Of a stretch of 58,574 bases of DNA, positions 8,705 to 15,868 are shown in pieces; positions within the stretch are counted from its first letter, which is position 1; each line of letters begins with the position of its first letter. Origin of the DNA: an archaeon. GTDB lineage: Archaea; Nanobdellota; Nanobdellia; Woesearchaeales; ARS49. The position numbers and the translations under genes were made by a program. The notes under the pieces were generated by a model. It was not told where the DNA came from. It ran no database searches and was given only the letters and a program-made list of their open reading frames with translations. The DNA lies in the NCBI GenBank assembly GCA_020051845.1, contig JAGVQG010000017.1:1-58574 (forward strand), read 5' to 3'.

Positions 8705-9671
8705 AGTAAACACCCATGCCCGAGTATATCGCCTTGGTGAGAGCGGCCGTGTTGGACAACAGCTGCTGCTTTGCGCCTAGCTGCCCCACAACGATCTCGA
8801 CGCCAGGCCTGTCCGTGGGCAACAGCGTCGGCATCGACGTCGGAGCGACGGCAGAAGCATCGACAAAACCGGTCTCCTGCTGCAATGCATTGACCAATGC
8901 GCAGCCGAGCTTCTCGCTCTTGCGGCGCACATCCTCTGAAGCCTTCGGATTGTAGTATGCGACTATCCTGTTGCGGTCCTCCATCAAAGGATCCACACGC
9001 AATGAGACTACGATACCATCGCCTTTTGCGATGACCTGCTTGCGTTCATCCACCGTGCCTTTCGCTATCTGGCTCTGCGACATCAATGCCTTGAGCCTTC
9101 CAGCGACATCCTCAAGCACGCTCCGCACCACGATGCCGTCCTTCGAGCGATCGTCTGCCGCGATGTCGATGACGTGCCTACCTGCCAAGCCGTTTGGATC
9201 GGCGGTCGGAACAAACTGACAACGCATGATACTCGGGCGGAAATCAGGAGACTTGCGCAGGGTCACGCTGTTTCCCTCTTTCACCACATGGACCAAGCCT
9301 GTTGCGGGCGAAATGCTGAAGGGCTGCAGCGACGTGTCTGCCGGCGTGAAAATCCAGTACCTGCTCGGACCCTTGAGAGTGTTGGCAGTGACCTCGATGA
9401 TGTTCTTGCCGCCCGTGAAAGAGAACTCGGTCTCGCCGTATTTGTTGGCGAAATCCGCCATGATCATGCTGTCCGGACTCTCGGCGACAACAGTGGCGAG
9501 AAGACCGAAATGACCAGGATAGAACTGCTTGGCGAGAAGACCGCCACGGACGGCGCTGTCGATGTAACCGATCAGCAAAACCGTCAACAGCAGACCGCCG
9601 ACGGCCTGCGCCAGCAACCAAATGGTCTCTTCAGAGAGCATCGCTCCACGACGACCCCACCTTCTTTTCAT
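8697..9671 (-). CDS. prepilin-like N-terminus protein, 324 aa
   Basis: MKRRWGRRG/AMLSEETIWLLAQAVGGLLLTVLLIG. A TATA lies about 26 nt upstream of the ATG. Confidence 0.65.
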   Translation of the reverse strand: MKRRWGRRGAMLSEETIWLLAQAVGGLLLTVLLIGYIDSAVRGGLLAKQFYPGHFGLLATVVAESPDSMIMADFANKYGETEFSFTGGKNIIEVTANTLKGPSRYWIFTPADTSLQPFSISPATGLVHVVKEGNSVTLRKSPDFRPSIMRCQFVPTADPNGLAGRHVIDIAADDRSKDGIVVRSVLEDVAGRLKALMSQSQIAKGTVDERKQVIAKGDGIVVSLRVDPLMEDRNRIVAYYNPKASEDVRRKSEKLGCALVNALQQETGFVDASAVAPTSMPTLLPTDRPGVEIVVGQLGAKQQLLSNTAALTKAIYSGMGVYYG

Positions 9672-9693
9672 GGATCGATAACTGTCAAGCGCC

Positions 9694-9701
9694 TTTAAAA
9701 A
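9694..9701 (-). promoter_or_regulatory. internal TATA box (TTTTTAAA on minus strand) splitting the 14-gene array
   Basis: It sits in the only real gap of the array (9672-9713), about 26 nt upstream of the 9671 ATG. Confidence 0.45.
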
Positions 9702-9713
9702 TGCAACGGTCGA

Positions 9714-10463
9714 TTAATTGATAGGAGCGGCTGGTTGTGCCGGCTGTGCCGGCGTGGTCGGAGCAGGCGCAGGAGCGACCGGTGTGTTCGGAACGGCTGT
9801 AGGAACAACTGACGCGACCGGCGCCTTGGCCACAACTTTCCTTGACGGCGCCTTGCTGTCGAACACTATCTCCCTGTCCTTCGAGTCGCTCGCGTAAACA
9901 TACATCACGCTCGGAGTCATCGTCGACCAACCTATGCCGCAATCACCATAGACAAGAAGCTCGTTGCCCGTATAGCCTGCAGGTTTCGCCGGGCTTAGGA
10001 AGTTGTCGTTCGCCAGGCCGCGGACGCTCACGCGCTTGATGTTGTTGAAAGACTTGCACGTCGGATAACTTCCCTTGCACTGGCTGCCCTCGACGCACAG
10101 ACATAGGCACGCCCTGCCAGGAAGGCACTCGCCAGGCATGCTCGGACGCTCGACGACATCACCCTTGCACTTGTCCTGCACGCCTCCGCCGTTGGTGGCA
10201 TCGAAACCCACAAGATAGAAACCATCCTCTATGTAGAAATCAGGGAGCGTCCTCGAATCAGGCAACGACGCGACATCGGCACGGTCGAACTCGTCGAGGA
10301 TCAGCATCATCGTGCCCACAGAGATGCGCGTGCCCTGGCCGGCGCTGTCGACGGCGCGCAACGGACCCGAGAAAGTGAAGATGATGTAAAGGACGAGCAG
10401 GGTCATCATTATGCCGATGATCGCCTGGATGAGCTCACCCAAAGAGAGTTCTTCCTCTGCCAT
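9714..10463 (-). CDS. N-terminally anchored protein, 249 aa, Cys-containing ectodomain and Pro/Ala-rich C-terminus
   Basis: I use the internal ATG at 10461-10463, directly after the upstream stop. N-terminus MAEEELSLG/ELIQAIIGIMMTLLVLYIIFTF is atypical (no basic residue). Ends PVAPAPAPTTPAQPAQPAAPIN. Confidence 0.6.
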   Translation of the reverse strand: MAEEELSLGELIQAIIGIMMTLLVLYIIFTFSGPLRAVDSAGQGTRISVGTMMLILDEFDRADVASLPDSRTLPDFYIEDGFYLVGFDATNGGGVQDKCKGDVVERPSMPGECLPGRACLCLCVEGSQCKGSYPTCKSFNNIKRVSVRGLANDNFLSPAKPAGYTGNELLVYGDCGIGWSTMTPSVMYVYASDSKDREIVFDSKAPSRKVVAKAPVASVVPTAVPNTPVAPAPAPTTPAQPAQPAAPIN

Positions 10464-10464
10464 G

Positions 10465-10737
10465 TCACTTCTTCGGCACGCAGCACCAGGTCGCCACGTC
10501 ATCGCTGCCGATCTTCTTCGTGCAACCAAGACCTAGAAGCCCGCGCTCAGTGTTATCGTCGCAACCAGTTTCCCTGCAAACACCGCCCTGTCCTGCACAT
10601 GTGCCTGACACGCCTGCCTGCTCGCCAGGCTTGACGATGTATTTGTACGTGAGGAAAAGAAGGACAGCAAGCACCACAAGGGCCAGCGCCATAACCATAA
10701 TAGTGTTTATCGTGTCACCATCACCGCGCTTGTTCAT
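10465..10737 (-). CDS. 6-Cys mini-pilin-like protein, 90 aa, ends WCCVPKK
   Basis: MNKRG/DGDTINTIMVMALALVVLAVLLFL followed by C-x6-C-x4-C-x12-C-x12-CC. ATGA overlap with the upstream paralogue. Confidence 0.65.
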   Translation of the reverse strand: MNKRGDGDTINTIMVMALALVVLAVLLFLTYKYIVKPGEQAGVSGTCAGQGGVCRETGCDDNTERGLLGLGCTKKIGSDDVATWCCVPKK

Positions 10738-11027
10738 TGGCTCACCACACAGCAATAGAGTTCGTTGTTTTTATCATCTGCATTTAGATTCGGGTCGCCA
10801 GGACAGCCGAACTTGAAAGACTGACCGCTCTTGCACGAGCCGCCATCAATATCATTCTTGCTCATGCAGGTCTGGCCTGGTTTGGTCTCGCAATCACCAA
10901 GCTTCGCGGCGTTCTCACCGCCCTTGAGGATGTATTTGTACGCGAGGAAAAGAAGTATCGCGAGCAGCACCAGCGCGATGATCATCTTCACCAGCGTCTC
11001 CTGCGTCATACCTCTTTTCGATTTCAT
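10734..11027 (-). CDS. 6-Cys mini-pilin-like protein, 97 aa, ends YCCVVSQ
   Basis: MKSKRG/MTQETLVKMIIALVLLAILLFL followed by C-x7-C-x10-C-x9-C-x16-CC. Confidence 0.65.
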   Translation of the reverse strand: MKSKRGMTQETLVKMIIALVLLAILLFLAYKYILKGGENAAKLGDCETKPGQTCMSKNDIDGGSCKSGQSFKFGCPGDPNLNADDKNNELYCCVVSQ

Positions 11028-11060
11028 AGCATCACAACATCGCACGAATCTATATAAGGA

Positions 11061-11738
11061 TTACGTCGGATTGCCGTACTTGAACTTGAGCACGGCGTTG
11101 TTCGAGTCGATTGGAAGCTTCGTGGTACTATTGATGTACAACAGCGGGTCCAGTGGCTGGATATCGATCTGATACCAGCCAGGACCGGGCAACTTGCTGA
11201 TGTTCATGATTTTATCGTTCATCGAGCAAACGCCGCCATCGCAATATCTCGGGTACTCCTGGAAAACACACTCTTTCACGCGCGCGAACTGGAACCACTT
11301 GTCGACGGATTCCGGGCAATACCTTACCCTGACCTGGGGAGGCACTTGCTTATCCGGCGAACGGGACACATACTGATCCCAATAGATGACGATCGGCAAC
11401 ACTTCCACGACATCGAAGTCAACCTCGGCCAATCTCATCATGTTCGTACTCGCCTGGGTCGTCTGTTCGGCTGGATCGACCGCCTTTGTATTCACCTTAT
11501 TCCCACCGGCCATCACATTGTATATCGAAACGAAACCTTTCCGGTTAGGAGTCGCCGGTGCTGTCATGGGAGGGGTCGGATCCGCCTGCTTGAGATGCAG
11601 CCTTGTCGCCACATCATCCGAGGTGCTCTTGGCCATCGCGTACAGCTTGTTATTCGAGAAAATGGCGATCAGCACAAGGATCACCACTACGATAACGCCG
11701 ACCAAAAGAGCCTGGTGTTCAATGCCTCGCTTGTCCAT
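11061..11738 (-). CDS. prepilin-like N-terminus protein, 225 aa
   Basis: The track start is TTG; I use the ATG at 11736-11738. N-terminus MDKRG/IEHQALLVGVIVVVILVLIAIF. Confidence 0.62.
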   Translation of the reverse strand: MDKRGIEHQALLVGVIVVVILVLIAIFSNNKLYAMAKSTSDDVATRLHLKQADPTPPMTAPATPNRKGFVSIYNVMAGGNKVNTKAVDPAEQTTQASTNMMRLAEVDFDVVEVLPIVIYWDQYVSRSPDKQVPPQVRVRYCPESVDKWFQFARVKECVFQEYPRYCDGGVCSMNDKIMNISKLPGPGWYQIDIQPLDPLLYINSTTKLPIDSNNAVLKFKYGNPT

Positions 11739-11875
11739 CAAACACCCATGGCGCCCCTGATCGCGTCAAGGACATCGGGAAACTTACCAGTCACCATACC
11801 TATTATCGCAAGAACAACCAAAAGCACAACAACAAAAAGAATCACGTATCCAAGGTTGTCAGTAATCCAGGTCAT
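11738..11875 (-). CDS. unlisted 45-aa single-TM micro-protein
   Basis: Hand translation gives MTWITDNLGYVILFVVVLLVVLAIIGMVTGKFPDVLDAIRGAMGV. GGAG lies about 6 nt upstream. Its stop overlaps the next ATG (TGATG). It falls below the ORF-track length cutoff. Confidence 0.4.
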   Translation of the reverse strand: MTWITDNLGYVILFVVVLLVVLAIIGMVTGKFPDVLDAIRGAMGV

Positions 11876-11917
11876 GGTCTTCTCCAGTCAGGTTTTGTAT
11901 ATAAATTTATTTTAAAT

Positions 11918-12775
11918 TCAGGTGACGAATTGCAAAGGACCTGCCCTTCCCTCAAGGCGGCTGCACTTCAGCGCAGGTATATCCTCATAGGGCCACAGGA
12001 CCGTGCCTGCGACGAAATTCTGGTTGTAAAAGTGAGGTGAGATGAACATGTTGGTCGTGAATCCTGCTCCGGCTCCTGCGCCGGCCGCTATCACCAAGAA
12101 AGGAGTCGCTGTGCCACCGGTTACGAGGACCGCGCCCGCCGCAAGCGCTGTGCCGCCGGCAGTGATCAGATATCCTGTCCACTTGTCCACGTTCTTCTCC
12201 GCGACGAACATCACGGCGAGCGGTCTGGACGTGTCCAGAGTGTCCTGGCTCGCAATAGGGCTCCTTCGATATTCATCGACGACCTGAGGCGTGCCTTTGG
12301 TGTTGAAAAGATATTCATAATAGGTAGCATCCTTTCCCTTGGCGGTCGTCTTAAGCAGATATTCCCCGAAATCCTCCAGTTTGGCAGGCTTCGTGAACTC
12401 AATGCGAGAGCAGACGACACAATAGGAACCTGTCTCTATGTCGAACAGCTTCACCTTGCCCTCGCCGAACTGCTCCCAGCAAGATGCCATCTCGCTCGCC
12501 ACCAACGCCTTCTGCTTCTCAGGATCGTCCTCGTCAACCTTCATCTGCTTGGTCGTGCAACGCAGGTCGACGACTGTGGTGGGATTGATCATGCCGATAA
12601 GGGACTGGCTGCGCACGCTGGAGACACACTGCTCCTTCTCGCCGACGCTGGTCGAGATCTTCCCTGTCTGCGAGAGGAATATCAGAAGGACCACGCCCGC
12701 GACAAGGATAAGAACTATCCCGAGGATCGTCCCCCACATCGCCTCTTCAGCTTTCTTCGCCATTTTGTCAACCAT
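11918..12775 (-). CDS. 285-aa envelope protein, paralogue of 12782..13639, with an extra Gly/Ala-rich C-terminal TM
   Basis: N-terminus MVDKMAKKA/EEAMWGTILGIVLILVAGVVLLIFL. Shares the block EMAxCW..GEGK...F......CV.C......F..FG.YL.(T).....TY..YL with its neighbour. Confidence 0.65.
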   Translation of the reverse strand: MVDKMAKKAEEAMWGTILGIVLILVAGVVLLIFLSQTGKISTSVGEKEQCVSSVRSQSLIGMINPTTVVDLRCTTKQMKVDEDDPEKQKALVASEMASCWEQFGEGKVKLFDIETGSYCVVCSRIEFTKPAKLEDFGEYLLKTTAKGKDATYYEYLFNTKGTPQVVDEYRRSPIASQDTLDTSRPLAVMFVAEKNVDKWTGYLITAGGTALAAGAVLVTGGTATPFLVIAAGAGAGAGFTTNMFISPHFYNQNFVAGTVLWPYEDIPALKCSRLEGRAGPLQFVT

Positions 12776-12781
12776 CGATAC

Positions 12782-13639
12782 TCAATATAACGTGTCGCAA
12801 GGCGGCCTCAGGTCTGATGGCCAACCATAAACCGCCGCGTTCGGCCTGTCCTTGTAAAACACACTAGTCAGCAGATCAGAGTCACCCTGCAGATATGTTA
12901 TGACCATATCATCCTTGAAAAGATAGATGTCATGGGCGTTCACATTCTCCTCGCGCCCGCCCTGGGTGCGCTCCTCGCCGACGATGTCCTTGTATACATA
13001 GGACATTATCACCGAATCATAGGAGCTGAACTTGGCCTCGAACTTCTCGCGCTCAGGACGCAGATAATCGAAATAGGTCCTACCATCATCCATCTTGGTG
13101 TCCTTCAAGTATTGGCCGAAGCCGTTGAAACCGACACCACCCACCTTCTTGAGGAAGCTCGGGTCGAAGTGCACGACGGCGCAGGTCACGCAGCGATTGC
13201 CGCTGTAGAGCGTGCGCGTCTTGAAAGGATTCTTCTTACCCTCACCCCAAACGCGCCAGCAGATAGCCATCTCCTGCGCCATGGAATATTTGGCCATCTC
13301 CATCAACACCTCGTTCTCAGAGGGCTTCTGGTTGCCCGACTTCTGCAGACGCCTCGCAGCAGTGCCTGTCGACAGGTATTTCTCGGGGGACTTCGTCCTT
13401 ATGCTGTTGCGGTAGACGCCATCATCCTTGATGATGATCATCTGCGTCGGGCACTGGATCGTGACAAGATTGCCTATGGCCGCTGTGCTGGCGGCATCGA
13501 CGGTCGCCTCGCAGGCCTGGATGTCGGTGCCTTTCTTGACCGAAGCCTCCAGGTTGTATTGCCAGGCGAACAATGCTATGGCTGTGACTGCCAAGATGAT
13601 GAGCCCGATAAGGAAAGGATGGACATAGCCCTGCCTCAT
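12782..13639 (-). CDS. 285-aa envelope protein, paralogue of 11918..12775
   Basis: MRQG/YVHPFLIGLIILAVTAIALFA. Shares the Cys/Trp block described for its neighbour. Confidence 0.65.
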   Translation of the reverse strand: MRQGYVHPFLIGLIILAVTAIALFAWQYNLEASVKKGTDIQACEATVDAASTAAIGNLVTIQCPTQMIIIKDDGVYRNSIRTKSPEKYLSTGTAARRLQKSGNQKPSENEVLMEMAKYSMAQEMAICWRVWGEGKKNPFKTRTLYSGNRCVTCAVVHFDPSFLKKVGGVGFNGFGQYLKDTKMDDGRTYFDYLRPEREKFEAKFSSYDSVIMSYVYKDIVGEERTQGGREENVNAHDIYLFKDDMVITYLQGDSDLLTSVFYKDRPNAAVYGWPSDLRPPCDTLY

Positions 13640-13773
13640 CCTGCCACCAACATACCCCTGTTTATCATCATGTAGAACAGGATAATCAGAGCCACGAGCA
13701 GGACCAGCGTGACTATCATGGCGAAAGTCGAACGGGTGATCGCTTTCCTAGACTTGGATACAGCAGATGCCAT
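13636..13773 (-). CDS. possible 45-aa single-TM micro-protein
   Basis: Internal ATG of track ORF 13636..13869 gives MASAVSKSRKA/ITRSTFAMIVTLVLLVALIILFYMMINRGMLVAG. It overlaps the upstream gene by 26 nt and has an ATGA overlap with the downstream gene. Confidence 0.35.
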   Translation of the reverse strand: MASAVSKSRKAITRSTFAMIVTLVLLVALIILFYMMINRGMLVAG

Positions 13774-13999
13774 CTTCAATAGGTGCCTTTCTTCCATCAT
13801 CGCAATTCGGCGATGGGACTGTCGCCGAGTTAGCATTCGGGCAGGGGTTTCCGCGCTTGACGCACTCACCCTTGCACTGGCTAAGGCCCTGCGTGAACAC
13901 CTTGCCGCGCCCCAAGAAGATGATCGTCAGGACCAGCAGCACAATCAAGGCTATGGCTATGACAACGATGACATTAATCGACATATCCCCTTTCCTCAT
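13748..13999 (-). CDS. 6-Cys mini-pilin-like protein, 83 aa, ends ICCIQV
   Basis: MRKG/DMSINVIVVIAIALIVLLVLTIIFLG followed by C-x3-C-x6-C-x12-C-x12-CC. ATGA overlap with the upstream paralogue. Confidence 0.68.
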   Translation of the reverse strand: MRKGDMSINVIVVIAIALIVLLVLTIIFLGRGKVFTQGLSQCKGECVKRGNPCPNANSATVPSPNCDDGRKAPIEDGICCIQV

Positions 14000-14250
14000 T
14001 TGGGAAGCGCACAGCAGGTCTGTGACGCGCCGCCTGAAGTCTTAGGGCACACCCAGATGTTGTACTCGCCGATGCCTGCCGGACACGCGCCGACTACGCA
14101 CTGACCGCCCTGGCCCTCGCAATCCAGGCTCTTCTGTGAGAAGACGCCTGCTCTGCCAAGGAAAATCACCGACAGAACGACAAGCACAAGCAGCGCGATG
14201 GCTGCCACGATGATCACATTGATGGAGATGCCTTGTCCTTTGGAATTCAT
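13996..14250 (-). CDS. 6-Cys mini-pilin-like protein, 84 aa, ends TCCALPK; first gene of the array
   Basis: MNSKG/QGISINVIIVAAIALLVLVVLSVIFLG followed by C-x6-C-x4-C-x11-C-x10-CC. AGAGGTG SD 8 nt upstream. Confidence 0.7.
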   Translation of the reverse strand: MNSKGQGISINVIIVAAIALLVLVVLSVIFLGRAGVFSQKSLDCEGQGGQCVVGACPAGIGEYNIWVCPKTSGGASQTCCALPK

Positions 14251-14292
14251 GATTGAACACCTCTTGCTTATCTTGACTCGGTCGCAGAAGCA

Positions 14293-14300
14293 ATATATAA
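14293..14300 (-). promoter_or_regulatory. TATA box (TTATATAT on minus strand) for the pilin-like array
   Basis: About 46 nt upstream of the 14250 ATG, leaving a short SD-containing leader. Confidence 0.5.
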
Positions 14301-14325
14301 GCTTTCCTGTGAAGGAAACAGGTGC

Positions 14326-14802
14326 TCACGACGAGCCAGGCGCAACCACATCGACAAGCAAGGGGTCGCTGAGGAAAGCCTCCCGCTTGATATCGTCTAT
14401 GACGAAGAAGACCTGCTTTGACTTGATGTCGAACTGGCGCTCGGTCTTGTCCATGAAATCCTCAAGATCGTGCAGATCACGGAATACACAGTCGGCACAG
14501 AAGTCGAAGCCGTTGTTTATCTTGAACAATGAATTCACAGGCAAAGCCTTCGAAAGGTAGTCCCTCAAAGCATCCCTGGACTTGGGATCAGAACGCATCA
14601 GGATGGTGGCTCTCGTGTGGAAACCCAACTTCGAGAAGTCAAGCAGCGCCGTGTTCCTGACGATAAAAGTGCCGGCATAAATCTTCAGCCGGTCATAGAT
14701 CGTCGAGATGGGCACTCGCGCAGACTTGCTCATCGCGGTCAGACCCATCCTCGAGTTCTTCCGCAAATGACTCAACAGCACCAAATCACGTTTGTTTACC
14801 AT
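14326..14802 (-). CDS. Lrp/AsnC-family transcriptional regulator
   Basis: N-terminal HTH (DLVLLSHLRKNSRMGLTAMSKSARVPISTIYDRLK) plus a C-terminal RAM-like domain. GGAGGT SD. Confidence 0.8.
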   Translation of the reverse strand: MVNKRDLVLLSHLRKNSRMGLTAMSKSARVPISTIYDRLKIYAGTFIVRNTALLDFSKLGFHTRATILMRSDPKSRDALRDYLSKALPVNSLFKINNGFDFCADCVFRDLHDLEDFMDKTERQFDIKSKQVFFVIDDIKREAFLSDPLLVDVVAPGSS

Positions 14803-14953
14803 GGGATACCTCCGGACATAATTCCGAATCCAGGCATACTTCCGGTTTGCCCGAAAACCTAACAGGTATTATGGTAAGATTTTCGTATATACTTTTTTCT
14901 TATACATTATATATTGGGATATAATTATATACTAGTTCTTCCTAGAAGGCCAC

Positions 14954-15868
14954 ATGCAAAGAAGCGTCATACGGCTAGCAGGCAAGACATTCGTCGTGAG
15001 CCTACCAAGCAAATGGTGCAAGGCAAACGGCGTGACCAAGGGAGCCTTGCTGGAAGTCACACCCCATGGAAGGACACTACTAGTGGGAAGCCAAGGACCC
15101 AGCCATGACAAGCTGAAGCTGGCCTACGACGGCCACGCTGACGGCATCAAACCCCTCCTCACATCAGCGTACAAACGAGGATATGACGAGATCGAACTCG
15201 GCATCGGACCGGGAATGATGCGGCAGATCCAACGCACCATCGATGAAGAACTGGTGGGATTCGAGATAATCAACCAGGGCAAAAGCCACTGCACGATCAG
15301 GACCGTGACGGACGAACGCGAGGAAGAATACGACCAGATAATGCAACGCTGCGTCCACATACTGGGCGACATGCTCGAAAGCGGGCTTTCTGCGCTCAAA
15401 TCCAAGAAATGGGCTGAACTCGAGGAATCGGCGCTCTCCGAGCGGACGCTCGACAAGCTCACAAACTTCGCAAAACGCGTGCTCAACAAGAAATTCAGCG
15501 GCGACGCAGATTTCGCTTTCAACTACGGAATCCTGCGCGGAATAGAACAGACATCGGACGTGCTCGAAAACACATATGTCACGTGGGCAAAAGCAGGCCA
15601 CGCGACACACGACGAGATCGTCTTGTTCGAGGATGTATGCAAGTACGCGAAGACACAACTCGCGCTGATCCAATCACGCTCGCTGACGCACCCTTCATCC
15701 GGCAAGAAAATACTACTGATGCAGGCAGCGGTGCTGATCGAGAAAGGCGGACACGGAGCTATCATCGGCCATCATCTAAGCGAAGCGATAAACGCGCTCG
15801 ACAACATGGCCGGCCAAGTCATAGGTCTCAGCCTAGGGCAGACCGCAACGAGCAAAGATAATCCTTAG
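14954..15868 (+). CDS. AbrB/SpoVT-domain plus PhoU-like helical-domain regulator
   Basis: N-terminus IRLAGKTFVVSLPSKWCKANGVTKGALLEV is a swapped-hairpin AbrB-type motif. The rest is helical with a PhoU-like pattern. The upstream region is AT-rich and multi-TATA. Confidence 0.6.
   Translation: MQRSVIRLAGKTFVVSLPSKWCKANGVTKGALLEVTPHGRTLLVGSQGPSHDKLKLAYDGHADGIKPLLTSAYKRGYDEIELGIGPGMMRQIQRTIDEELVGFEIINQGKSHCTIRTVTDEREEEYDQIMQRCVHILGDMLESGLSALKSKKWAELEESALSERTLDKLTNFAKRVLNKKFSGDADFAFNYGILRGIEQTSDVLENTYVTWAKAGHATHDEIVLFEDVCKYAKTQLALIQSRSLTHPSSGKKILLMQAAVLIEKGGHGAIIGHHLSEAINALDNMAGQVIGLSLGQTATSKDNP

Noticed and set aside
10465-14250. Homology of the mini-pilin Cys knot to beta-defensins
   Set aside because: Only the first two spacings (x6, x4) and the terminal CC agree in two of the four paralogues. 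The later spacings are longer and the context (pilin helix) is unrelated. I treat it as coincidence or convergence.
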